This document shows positions 17,640-25,858 of a stretch of DNA of 45,309 nucleotides, one piece after another. The stretch covers positions 1-45,309 of the forward strand of contig DATMJS010000097.1 in assembly GCA_035553755.1 (NCBI GenBank). The letters run 5' to 3'. Below the pieces are notes generated by a model. That model was not told the origin of the DNA. It ran no database searches and was given only the letters and a program-made list of their open reading frames with translations. The position numbers were made by a program, and so were the translations under genes. The number at the start of each line of letters is the position of its first letter. Within the stretch, counting starts at the first letter, position 1. Origin of the DNA: Allosphingosinicella sp. (lineage in GTDB: Bacteria; Pseudomonadota; Alphaproteobacteria; Sphingomonadales; Sphingomonadaceae).

Positions 17640-18983
17640 ATGGCAATGGCACCTGCGAGCCCGGCCCGCGCCGCGGCGGTTCCGGGCGACGAGGCCCCGG
17701 CGGACCTGAAATGGTTCGTCTTCATCCTCTTCTTCGTGTTCGGCGGGATCACCAGCCTTAACGACGTGCTGATTCCGAAGCTGAAACACCTCTTCACCCT
17801 CAACTGGGCTGAGGCGATGATGATCCAGTTCGCCTTCTTCGCGGCCTATTTCATCGTGTCGCTTCCGGCCGCGGCGCTGCTGAAGCGGGTCGGCTACATG
17901 CGCACGGCCGTGATCGGCCTGCTCGTCATGATGGCGGCCTGTCTGCTTTTCATCCCCGCTTCCTATTCAGGGCTGTTCGTGGCCTTTCTCGGCGCGCTGT
18001 TCATGCTCGGTGCCGGGATCACTACGGTCCAGGTGGTCGCAAACCCTTTGATATCGATGCTGGGGCGTCCCCAGACGGCGCATAGCCGCCTTACCTTCGC
18101 GCAGGCGTTCAACTCACTTGGAACCACCGTATTCCCGTTCGTCGGCGCGCATCTGATTCTTGGCTCGCTCAACCCGGTGGACGAGACCAGCCTCAGCGGA
18201 GAGGCACTGTCCGTCTTCCGTGCGCAGGAGACGGAGGTGATCGTCACCGCCTATATCGGCATCGCGCTCGCGCTCCTGGTGGTCGCGGGCGCGGTCTGGC
18301 TGCGGCGCAACCGCCTCGTGGAGGAAACTCCGCCGCAGCAATCGATGTGGCGTTCCTTCGATCTGTTGAAGCAGCCGCGCTTCGCCTTTGGGGCGCTCGG
18401 GATCTTCGTCTATGTCGGCGCCGAAGTCGCCATTGCCAGCATCATCACCAACTATCTGATGGAAGCGCGTACCTTGGCACTCGCAGCGCGCGAAGCCGGC
18501 GAGCTGCTGATCTTCTACTGGGGCGGCGCGATGGTCGGCCGTTTCATCGGGGCGGCGGCGCTTCGGATATTCCCGCCTAGTCTGGTGCTGTTCGCGGTCG
18601 CGGCCGTGGCAGCGGCCCTGCTCGCCGTTTCCGGCTTCAGCGAAGGGGCCGTATCGGGCTACGCGATCCTCGCCATCGGCCTGTTCAACTCTATCATGTT
18701 CCCGACCATCTTCTCGCTCGCATCGGAAGATCTGGGGGACCGGCGCGCGGACGGATCGGGCATCATCTGCATGGCGATCGTCGGCGGCGCGATCGTGCCA
18801 CTGCTGACGGGCTTCGTCGCCGACGCCACCAGCCTGGTCGGCGCACTCATCGTACCGTTCGTCTGCTACTGGATTATTGCCGCCTTCGCGTTTTATTGCC
18901 GACGGGTGCCAAGCCGACTTGCCAGCCAAGACGCGGTGGAAGTTACGGAAGGGACGGTCTCGCCGGTGCAAAGCCATGTTTAA
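17640..18983 (+). CDS. gluP: MFS glucose/galactose transporter (FucP/GluP family)
   Basis: LNDVLIPKLK, IQFAFFAAYF, QVVANP, AQAFNSLGT, YVGAEV, YWGGAMVGRFIG and SIMFPTIF. Confidence 0.9.
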   Translation: MAMAPASPARAAAVPGDEAPADLKWFVFILFFVFGGITSLNDVLIPKLKHLFTLNWAEAMMIQFAFFAAYFIVSLPAAALLKRVGYMRTAVIGLLVMMAACLLFIPASYSGLFVAFLGALFMLGAGITTVQVVANPLISMLGRPQTAHSRLTFAQAFNSLGTTVFPFVGAHLILGSLNPVDETSLSGEALSVFRAQETEVIVTAYIGIALALLVVAGAVWLRRNRLVEETPPQQSMWRSFDLLKQPRFAFGALGIFVYVGAEVAIASIITNYLMEARTLALAAREAGELLIFYWGGAMVGRFIGAAALRIFPPSLVLFAVAAVAAALLAVSGFSEGAVSGYAILAIGLFNSIMFPTIFSLASEDLGDRRADGSGIICMAIVGGAIVPLLTGFVADATSLVGALIVPFVCYWIIAAFAFYCRRVPSRLASQDAVEVTEGTVSPVQSHV

Positions 18984-20355
18984 GCGGGCGCTTCTCCCCT
19001 GCCTCGCCGCTGCCCTGGCTGCGGCCCAGCCCGCGCTTGCACAATCGGCCGATCCTTATGCTCCGGTCGACATGAGCGGGGTGAAGCATCCAGAATGGAG
19101 CCGGACAGCCGTCATCTACCAGATCAACACGCGCCAGTTTACACCGGAAGGGACGTTCCGCGCGGCCGAGCGGCAGCTGCCGCGGCTGAAGGCGCTCGGC
19201 GTCGACATAATATGGCTGATGCCGATCCACCCGATTGGCGAAAAGAACCGAAAGGGGACGCTCGGCAGCCCCTATTCGGTGAAAGACTATTATGGCGTTA
19301 ATCCGGAGTTCGGCACTAAAGCCGACTTTAAATCCTTCGTAGACGCGGCGCACGGTCAGGGCATGCGTGTGATCCTTGACTGGGTCGCCAACCACAGCGC
19401 CTGGGACAATCCGCTCGTGGCGCAGCACCCCGACTGGTACGAGCGCGACTGGAAGGGGGATTTCCACCCGACGCCCTGGTGGGACTGGTCGGACATCATC
19501 GACTTCGATTTTTCGAAGACCGGCATCCGCCGCTACATGGCCGACGCAATGCTATATTGGGTGCGCGAATTCGGCATTGATGGCTACCGGGCCGATGTCG
19601 CCGCCTACGTGCCGATCGATTTCTGGGAACGGCTCCGGGCTGATCTCGATGCGGTAAAGCCCATTTTCATGCTGGGCGAAGCGCAGATGCGCGACCTTCA
19701 TTACCGCGCCTTCGACGCCTCCTACGGCTGGGGCTGGTACAACGCATTGGCGGACATCGCCAAAGGCAAGGCCGATGTCGGTGCGCTATTTGGCTACTTC
19801 AGTGAGAACGAAAGCGCCTGGCCGAGAGGCGCGATGCGCATGGTCTATGCCGAGAATCACGACCAGAACGCCTGGCACGGGACGCAGTTCGAAACCTTTG
19901 GCCCTGCGCTCCCGAACGTGATCGCACTGTCGATGGTAGGCGAAGGCATTCCGCTCATCTACAATGGGCAGGAAGCCGGGAACGAGAAGCGGCTCGAATT
20001 TTTCGAAAAGGATCCGATCCGGTGGCGGCCGCACCCGATCGGCGACCTCTACAAGAGGCTGATCGAGTTCCGCGACGCGCATCCGGCCCTGCACAATGCA
20101 CCTTGGGGGGCGCGGATGGTTGGCGTCGTCAATTCTTCGCCGCAGAAGGTCTTCTCCTTCGTTCGACAGAAGGAGGGCGACAAGGTGCTGGCCCTGTTCA
20201 ACTTCTCGCCAGAGCCCCAGACGATAAGCTTCGCCGGCGCGCTCCCGCATGGCCGCTACCGCGACTTCGAGGGGAACCGCGTCGTTATCGTCGACGGCGC
20301 GTCCCGGATGACACTTGCCCCCTGGAGCTACAGGCTACTTTCAAGCGAGCGATAG
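18976..20355 (+). CDS. Secreted GH13 alpha-amylase
   Basis: Start reassigned to MFKRALLPCLAAALAAAQPALA, overlapping the upstream stop. Motifs IYQINTRQFT.EGTF, GSPYSVKDYY, DWVANH, GYRADVA, LGEA and ENHD. Confidence 0.93.
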   Translation: MFKRALLPCLAAALAAAQPALAQSADPYAPVDMSGVKHPEWSRTAVIYQINTRQFTPEGTFRAAERQLPRLKALGVDIIWLMPIHPIGEKNRKGTLGSPYSVKDYYGVNPEFGTKADFKSFVDAAHGQGMRVILDWVANHSAWDNPLVAQHPDWYERDWKGDFHPTPWWDWSDIIDFDFSKTGIRRYMADAMLYWVREFGIDGYRADVAAYVPIDFWERLRADLDAVKPIFMLGEAQMRDLHYRAFDASYGWGWYNALADIAKGKADVGALFGYFSENESAWPRGAMRMVYAENHDQNAWHGTQFETFGPALPNVIALSMVGEGIPLIYNGQEAGNEKRLEFFEKDPIRWRPHPIGDLYKRLIEFRDAHPALHNAPWGARMVGVVNSSPQKVFSFVRQKEGDKVLALFNFSPEPQTISFAGALPHGRYRDFEGNRVVIVDGASRMTLAPWSYRLLSSER

Positions 20356-20408
20356 TCGAGCATTTCGCCTTCGGCATCGACGGCTCGCCACAGGTACATG
20401 CGCTTGCC
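20355..20408 (-). mobile_element. IS6-family transposase micro-fragment
   Basis: Minus strand reads GKRMYLWRAVDAEGEMLD, the IS6 DDE-domain signature (compare MHYLWRAVDHEGEVLE at ~39.8 kb). Confidence 0.8.
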
Positions 20409-20419
20409 TCATTGTTGGT

Positions 20420-20632
20420 CTACTGCTCGACCTGTTCCGTGAGCTGCGAAAGCCGCCGCAGGATATTCCAGGCGCTTGGCGGTGAAGGTCCGCTGCTACG
20501 CCTGATCCTGAACCTTCGGCGTCCACTTGATCGTTCGTTCAGGAGGCGCTCCCGGCGTAGCCGGTATCCTGCGAGCCAGAACATATAGCCGAGCATTGCT
20601 GCTATCAGGATCGGAAGGACAGTGTAACTCAC
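20420..20632 (-). CDS. Small membrane-anchored hypothetical protein (70 aa)
   Basis: N-terminal hydrophobic helix then an Arg-rich tail; GTG 8 nt downstream of an EcfG-like promoter. Confidence 0.6.
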   Translation of the reverse strand: MSYTVLPILIAAMLGYMFWLAGYRLRRERLLNERSSGRRRFRIRRSSGPSPPSAWNILRRLSQLTEQVEQ

Positions 20633-20640
20633 CAGCGGAG

Positions 20641-20665
20641 AACAGGCCGCCTCCGCGAAGGTTCC
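20641..20665 (-). promoter_or_regulatory. Sigma-EcfG (general stress)-like promoter GGAAC-N16-TGTT
   Basis: Minus strand GGAAC CTTCGCGGAGGCGGCC TGTT, immediately upstream of the 70-aa ORF. Confidence 0.65.
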
Positions 20666-21340
20666 TCAACGAGCAACCCTTCGCGATGACACGATGCGGT
20701 TTGCGCTGTCGGTGACCACTTCGAGAAATTGGCCGCTTCTGTCCTGGACCCGGCGGACGGTTTGTCCGGCGCTGTTGACGGTGCGGGAGACTTCGGTCAG
20801 CCCGGCGCGGGCAAGGTCGAGCACCTGCCCGTTTCGCAACAGGTTGGCGGTGATGCCGCCTACAGTGCCCACTGCGTTGTTAGCGACGCCGCCCACCGTA
20901 GTCACCGTATTATCGACGGTGGAAAGTAGCTGAGTCACAATTTGCGGGTTGTTGTCGAGCGTTTGCAGTGTTCGTTCGATGATGGCACGGACATTGTCGA
21001 GGCGCACGATGAGCGTCGCCTGCGCCTGCACGCCCTTCAATTGAATTTTTACATTGTCGATGTTTACGTCGGCGCCGGCCGTAAGCTTGAGGAGGTTCGC
21101 CAGCCGGGCATCGAGGGCGATATGCGCCTCCAGATTGGCCACTTCGATCGTAAGCTCGTCCACCGACAGGTTGGGAATGTCGAGCAGCACGTCGGGCTGG
21201 TCGCCGGTGGACATTGCCTGCATGGCGAGCTGCGAAGAGGTCCCCGGCTGCTGCTGGTTGCGGCGGTTCTGCGCTTCGGCAGGAACGGTGAGTAGCGAGG
21301 CAGCAGCCACGGCTGCTGCGGCATAGGCGAGGCGCATCAT
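20666..21340 (-). CDS. Secreted hypothetical protein (PDVLLDIPNLSVDE...RLDNV family), 224 aa
   Basis: Signal peptide ending AEA; GGGAG RBS; long alternating-hydrophobic beta segments, then a helix and a V/G/N/T-rich repeat region. Confidence 0.85.
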   Translation of the reverse strand: MMRLAYAAAAVAAASLLTVPAEAQNRRNQQQPGTSSQLAMQAMSTGDQPDVLLDIPNLSVDELTIEVANLEAHIALDARLANLLKLTAGADVNIDNVKIQLKGVQAQATLIVRLDNVRAIIERTLQTLDNNPQIVTQLLSTVDNTVTTVGGVANNAVGTVGGITANLLRNGQVLDLARAGLTEVSRTVNSAGQTVRRVQDRSGQFLEVVTDSANRIVSSRRVAR

Positions 21341-21367
21341 TTTCTCCCTGTTAGATCGGGGAGAACG

Positions 21368-21646
21368 TCACTCAGGCTGCGGAGTTTCCGGAGCCGCCCG
21401 TTTTTGTTGCGGGTCGGCAATATTGGCTTCGGCGCGGACAGTGACATGCACGTTGCGTATCGTTTTTCGGCCGTCGGCTTTTGGAGCCTGCACGTCCACG
21501 ACGTTGCCGCCATCGGGCTCCGTCCGCAGCGTCAGACGGGCGTCGCCGCGCTTCTCGATGGTGAGCGAGCGGGCACGAACATTCGCCCGAAGCTCGATCT
21601 CCGGGAGCTGAGCCGCCGCCTGCGCTAGTAGCAAGGTAAACAGCAC
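21368..21646 (-). CDS. Small secreted hypothetical beta-rich protein (92 aa)
   Basis: Short signal-like N-terminus, PEIELRANVRARSL motif; same strand and 27 nt upstream of the 224-aa gene. Confidence 0.75.
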   Translation of the reverse strand: MLFTLLLAQAAAQLPEIELRANVRARSLTIEKRGDARLTLRTEPDGGNVVDVQAPKADGRKTIRNVHVTVRAEANIADPQQKRAAPETPQPE

Positions 21647-21657
21647 GGGTGGATCCT

Positions 21658-21770
21658 AACTGCGATGTTCAAAAAGCGCTCCGACCTGCCCAGCCGGAGC
21701 GCCCCTCGCGTAAACCACATCTGAGGAGGATTGGTTCGCGAACTAAACTCCCAAAAGGTGTTGGTGTTCC
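21658..21770 (-). promoter_or_regulatory. Three tandem sigma-EcfG-like promoters
   Basis: Minus strand: GGAAC-N16-AGTT (21770-21746), CGAAC-N17-GGTT (21738-21713) and GGAGC-N16-AGTT (21682-21658). Confidence 0.55.
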
Positions 21771-21931
21771 TCCCGTCAGCCGCCGCTGATCTCCGGCGCT
21801 GAGTGAGGAGCGCAAGAAACAGCCGCGCTCCACAAAGCATTTTATATAAGGTCGAACCTGGATGTCCCCCTTCTACCCATTGCGAAATTGACACCAGGGT
21901 CCAACTACTTTGTTGATGCGGAATTCCGACG

Positions 21932-24586
21932 CTAAATTTCCCTGCGCTGCGCCGACCGTAAAATACGCGAAAGAGCTTCCAGTGAGTAAGGCTTTTGAAG
22001 CAGGGGGAAGCCATGCTTCGTCTCCTCCGCTAGAATGTGGCTATATCCGCTAGTCAAAACGATCGGCAAGCCCGGCAACTGCTCACGCACCTTTCGTCCG
22101 AACTCCACTCCGTTCATGCCGGGCATGACGACGTCGCTGAAGACGATGTCGAAGCCCGCCCCATCTTCATCGAGAAGCCGCAGGGCTTCCTGTGCATCGC
22201 CGGCGAGAACAGTTTCGTAGCCGAGGTCCGTGAGGAGTTGAGACGCGAACTCGCCCACGTCCGGATTGTCTTCGACGACGAGCACCCGGCCGCCGCCGCT
22301 TAGCTGATCGAACCGGTTTTCCGCTTCCTTTGAAGGAGCACGCGCTGCATTGACCCTGGGCAAGCTGATTATAAAGGAGGTGCCACCACTGGGGCGACTC
22401 TCCACAGCGACTTCGCCGTCCGACTGCTTTACGAAACCATAGACCTGGCTGAGCCCCAGACCGGTTCCCTTTCCCACGTCTTTGGTGGTGAAGAAGGGTT
22501 CGAAGATCCGGTCCAGCTGATCGGCGGGAATGCCGTGGCCGGTGTCGGTGACGCGGATAGTCACGGCGTCCATGCCGGCGCGCAAGCTGTCCTTGCTTAT
22601 GGCGATTGAGAGATCTCCTTCGCCATTCATGGCGTCCCGGGCGTTCACCGCCATGTTCACCAGCGCCGTCTCAAACTGTGCGATGTCGGCTTCGACGAAG
22701 CAGTCGTCGCAGTCCGTTTCGATCTGGAGCCGCACGCGCGAGCCGAGCACCGTCCTCAGCATTTCCGCTATGCCATGTATCCGCACGGCGACATCGAACG
22801 GTTCGGGCTTGAGCGCCTGGCGGCGTGCAAAGGCAAGCAACTGGCCGGTCAACTTGGTCGCCCGCCCGGCTGTATCAGCGATCGCATCCACGTAGCGCCT
22901 GCGCTTTTCTGCGGGCAATTCGCTGCGCCGGAGCAAGTCCGCCGAGCCGGTTATGACGGTCAAGAGATTGTTGAAGTCGTGCGCGATGCCGCCGGTCAGC
23001 TGCCCTATCGCTTCCATCTTCTGGGCTTGGCGAAGCGCCTCGTGCGCCACCTCCAGCTCACTCGTCCGCTCGGCGACACGCTGCTCGAGCGTCTCGTTCG
23101 CACGCCGGGCGGCTTCGAACAGCCGCGCATTGTCGAAGGCGATTGCGGCTTGACCGGCGAGCCCAAGCATCAGGCGCTCGGCGCCCTCGTCGAACACGCC
23201 CTCATCGGGGTGGCCGAAGAAAAGGCCTCCGATCACGTCGCCCGAGCGGGAGCTGACCGGCACGGCGAGATAGCTGCGAACCGGCAAATGGCCCTTCGGC
23301 ATTCCGAAGTGGGGGTCGTTCCTGCCGTAGCGGGGGTCCTTGGTGATGTCGTTCGACCGTACCACGCCCTTGCCCTTGAATGTGGGAGCGAAGACCTCGG
23401 TGGCCCGCGGGTGCCCGAACTTCTCGAATGCGGAGCGGTCGGCGCCCGCCAGGGTGTAGAGAAGGAAGCTCTCGCCCGCCTCGTTGATCATATTGTAGAA
23501 GAATGCCCCGAAACGCGCGCCGGTGAGCTCCACCCCGGCGTCGGTGACGATCTGGACAATCTTTTCAAGGTCGAGTTCGGCGGCGAGCGCGGCGCCTGTT
23601 TGGTTGAGCGTTTCGAGATGCCCCGTCTGCGCCTGCAGGATGCGTGCGGCCTCCTTTTCGGCGCTGATGTTCCGGACTTCGATGATGGTGCCGATCGTGC
23701 TGGAGGTCTCGTCGCGGATAGGGCTGGCGGTGTAGGACACGGGATAGAAGCTCCCGTCCTTGTGGACGAAGACTTCCTCGCCCTGCACATTGTGGTTTTC
23801 CGGGAAGGCGCGGTCGATGGCGCACTCCTGCAGCGGGAAGCGGGACCCGTCCGGACGGGTGTGGTGGATGACATCATGCAGGGGGCGACCCTGGGTCTCT
23901 GAGAATGTGTACCCGGTAAGGCGCTCGGCCGCAGCGTTCATGTACGCGCAGTGCTGGCGCTCGTCCATCAGAAAGACCGCTACGCTGGCGTTGTCCAGCA
24001 CCGCGTTCAGGCGCCGTTCCGCCTCTCCGGCACGCTCCGCCTGCGCGTCGCGATCCTGGACCAGCTCTTCCAGCTGCGCGAGCCTCCGTCGCGCGGCCAA
24101 GCGAAGCTCCATCTGGTCCATGACAACGGCCGCCAGATCTTCCAGCCGCGCGATGTCCTCTTGGCTTACCGGTCTGGGTTCACGATCGATGACGCACAAG
24201 GTGCCGAGGTTGTAGCCATCGCTGGTCCTGAGGGGGGCTCCTGCGTAGAAGCGAAGCCCGAACTCGCCGGCTACCAGCGGGTTTGCCAGGGCGCGGACGT
24301 CCTTCGCGGCATCCGTGAGCACCCAAGGATCCTCGTGCAGAATTGCCGAGGCACACAAGCCGGGTTCGCGGCCAATTTCATCGACCTCGATGCCGTGGTG
24401 CGACTTGAACCAGATCCGGTCCGTGTCGACCAGACTGATGATGGAGATGGGCACTGAAAAAATGCTGGCGGCGAGCGAGGTGATGCGATCGAATGCGCCG
24501 TCGGGCGGGGTATCGAGAATGTCGTAGCGGCGCAGCGCCGCGAGCCGGCGCTCTTCAAGATCGGGAGACGGTCGGGATAGGTTCAT
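21932..24586 (-). CDS. Cytoplasmic hybrid sensor histidine kinase (GAF-PAS-GAF-HisKA-HATPase-REC)
   Basis: EERRLAALRRYDILDT (GAF), PAS YMNAAAERLTGY, second GAF, H-box GIAHDFNNLL, NMAVNARDAM, GKGTGLGL and receiver FSDVVMPG. Start reassigned to MNLSRP. Confidence 0.93.
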   Translation of the reverse strand: MNLSRPSPDLEERRLAALRRYDILDTPPDGAFDRITSLAASIFSVPISIISLVDTDRIWFKSHHGIEVDEIGREPGLCASAILHEDPWVLTDAAKDVRALANPLVAGEFGLRFYAGAPLRTSDGYNLGTLCVIDREPRPVSQEDIARLEDLAAVVMDQMELRLAARRRLAQLEELVQDRDAQAERAGEAERRLNAVLDNASVAVFLMDERQHCAYMNAAAERLTGYTFSETQGRPLHDVIHHTRPDGSRFPLQECAIDRAFPENHNVQGEEVFVHKDGSFYPVSYTASPIRDETSSTIGTIIEVRNISAEKEAARILQAQTGHLETLNQTGAALAAELDLEKIVQIVTDAGVELTGARFGAFFYNMINEAGESFLLYTLAGADRSAFEKFGHPRATEVFAPTFKGKGVVRSNDITKDPRYGRNDPHFGMPKGHLPVRSYLAVPVSSRSGDVIGGLFFGHPDEGVFDEGAERLMLGLAGQAAIAFDNARLFEAARRANETLEQRVAERTSELEVAHEALRQAQKMEAIGQLTGGIAHDFNNLLTVITGSADLLRRSELPAEKRRRYVDAIADTAGRATKLTGQLLAFARRQALKPEPFDVAVRIHGIAEMLRTVLGSRVRLQIETDCDDCFVEADIAQFETALVNMAVNARDAMNGEGDLSIAISKDSLRAGMDAVTIRVTDTGHGIPADQLDRIFEPFFTTKDVGKGTGLGLSQVYGFVKQSDGEVAVESRPSGGTSFIISLPRVNAARAPSKEAENRFDQLSGGGRVLVVEDNPDVGEFASQLLTDLGYETVLAGDAQEALRLLDEDGAGFDIVFSDVVMPGMNGVEFGRKVREQLPGLPIVLTSGYSHILAEETKHGFPLLQKPYSLEALSRILRSAQRREI

Positions 24587-24754
24587 TGGCAGCTTGGCTC
24601 CATCCCCCCAGCTGTGAGAGCACACACCGTCTAGCGCCGCAACCCACAAAACGGGTTGAATAATGCGAGGTGAGCTCATTCTGAGCCAGTGTCGGCTTTC
24701 CAGGTGCGGGCAAAGCAAACTAGCCGGTCGCGAAGGGGCCGCTAGCGGCGGCCG

Positions 24755-24902
24755 ATGAGCAAGCCGCACAATCTATTTCGGTACTTCAACTCGTCGCCTG
24801 AGATCATCCGCCTGGCCGTGATGATGTACGTTCGCTCTCCGCTGTCGCTGCGCAATGTCAGGACCTGCTGTTCGAACGCGGAGTAACATCGCCATGAGAC
24901 GG
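24755..24902 (+). mobile_element. IS6-family transposase N-terminal remnant (frameshifted)
   Basis: MSKPHNLFRYFNSSPEIIRLAVMMYVRSPLSLRNV / DLLFERGV / HET, a typical IS6 N-terminus. Confidence 0.85.
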
Positions 24903-25060
24903 CGCGGCTCTGAAGAGACGCACATTATTGAACGCATTCACCCCAAGGCTTGCCCCGTAAGCCTCCAGGAGGAAGATGAGGACCGCTGGGTCGACAGAGA
25001 CGTTCGTGAGGTGTGTTCACTGGCAGCGCCGTTTCCGTCACAGCTGATGCAGATGGCCGC

Positions 25061-25594
25061 TTAATCCCGCCAGCGCCGCATCGCCTCCTGGTATGCCCGA
25101 CCCGCTTTCTCCTGCTCGCGCACCAGTCGCTCCATTTCTGCCGCATGTGATTTTTGCAGCGAGCGGCGTTCCTGCGCCAGTGCGGCTTCTTGTTCGCTAA
25201 TCCGCTTCAATTCTTCCGCCTGCCGCGCCTTAGCGAGCGCTACCTGCTTTTCTGCTGACTCAACGGCCGATCGGCTGGGCTTCGGCTTCGGCTTTTCACT
25301 CTTGGTATTTGGCGTCGCTTCAGCCTTCCGGGACTGCTGGCGTGGCTTGCTCGGCCCCAGCGCGGCGATCTGCTCCTCTGCGGTCCCCCTCAGCCGCTTG
25401 ATGACTGCGCCAGGGGAGGCGAGCGGTTCGGCTGTGAGAGCGGGATCTGTGACTTCCTCGGCTTCCCCGCGGGCAAAAATGTTTTTGTCCGTTCCCCATG
25501 CTTCTATGGCCGCCTTTTTGGTCGGCGTCGCGACATAGGCGTCGTGGAAGCCGATCGGCGTGCGGAAAACCTTGAGCTTGGTCGGGCGGGGCAT
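25061..25594 (-). CDS. Conserved hypothetical protein (LKVFRTPIGFHDAYVA...AWG family) with basic linker and C-terminal coiled coil
   Basis: Start reassigned to MPRPTKLKVF (177 aa); globular N-terminus, K/P-rich linker and E/Q/R/A-rich helix; divergent from the ligD unit. Confidence 0.8.
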   Translation of the reverse strand: MPRPTKLKVFRTPIGFHDAYVATPTKKAAIEAWGTDKNIFARGEAEEVTDPALTAEPLASPGAVIKRLRGTAEEQIAALGPSKPRQQSRKAEATPNTKSEKPKPKPSRSAVESAEKQVALAKARQAEELKRISEQEAALAQERRSLQKSHAAEMERLVREQEKAGRAYQEAMRRWRD

Positions 25595-25604
25595 AGCAGA
25601 AGGC

Positions 25605-25632
25605 GGAACCCTCTGCCGCAGCCTCGGGTTCA
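25605..25632. promoter_or_regulatory. Overlapping divergent sigma-EcfG-like promoters
   Basis: Plus strand GGAAC-N17-GGTT (25605-25630), 9 nt before ATG 25640. Minus strand TGAAC-N17-GGTT (25632-25607), 12 nt before ATG 25594. Confidence 0.72.
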
Positions 25633-25639
25633 ATCGTTC

Positions 25640-25858
25640 ATGGCAAAAGAAGTGGCCCGACCGCCGCTCTACGTCCGCGGCCCCGATGCAGACAACCGGG
25701 TTTGGCTGGTGATCGACAGCCACCTTAAGGCGGCAAAGAATCTGGGCGAGCCGTGGCGAACTTCAGCAAAGCTTGCCCTCGAGCTCAGGGATGATCCTGC
25801 AGCGCTGGCCCGCGCCTTCGGCTTCGAGGGACAACTCCCGGACGAGATGTGCCGCTGA
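25640..25858 (+). CDS. Small hypothetical protein (72 aa) upstream of ligD
   Basis: MAKEVARPPLYVRGPDADNRVWLVID...; directly behind the EcfG-like promoter and overlapping the ligD start by 10 nt. Confidence 0.6.
   Translation: MAKEVARPPLYVRGPDADNRVWLVIDSHLKAAKNLGEPWRTSAKLALELRDDPAALARAFGFEGQLPDEMCR

Noticed and set aside
21667-21681. GTTC-N7-GCTC as a LexA box
   Set aside because: One mismatch, and it coincides with an EcfG-like promoter; the downstream genes are not typical SOS genes.
24587-24769. 61-aa N-terminal extension of the histidine kinase in the ORF track
   Set aside because: It runs into the IS6 remnant; the GAF domain and a purine-rich RBS fit ATG 24586.
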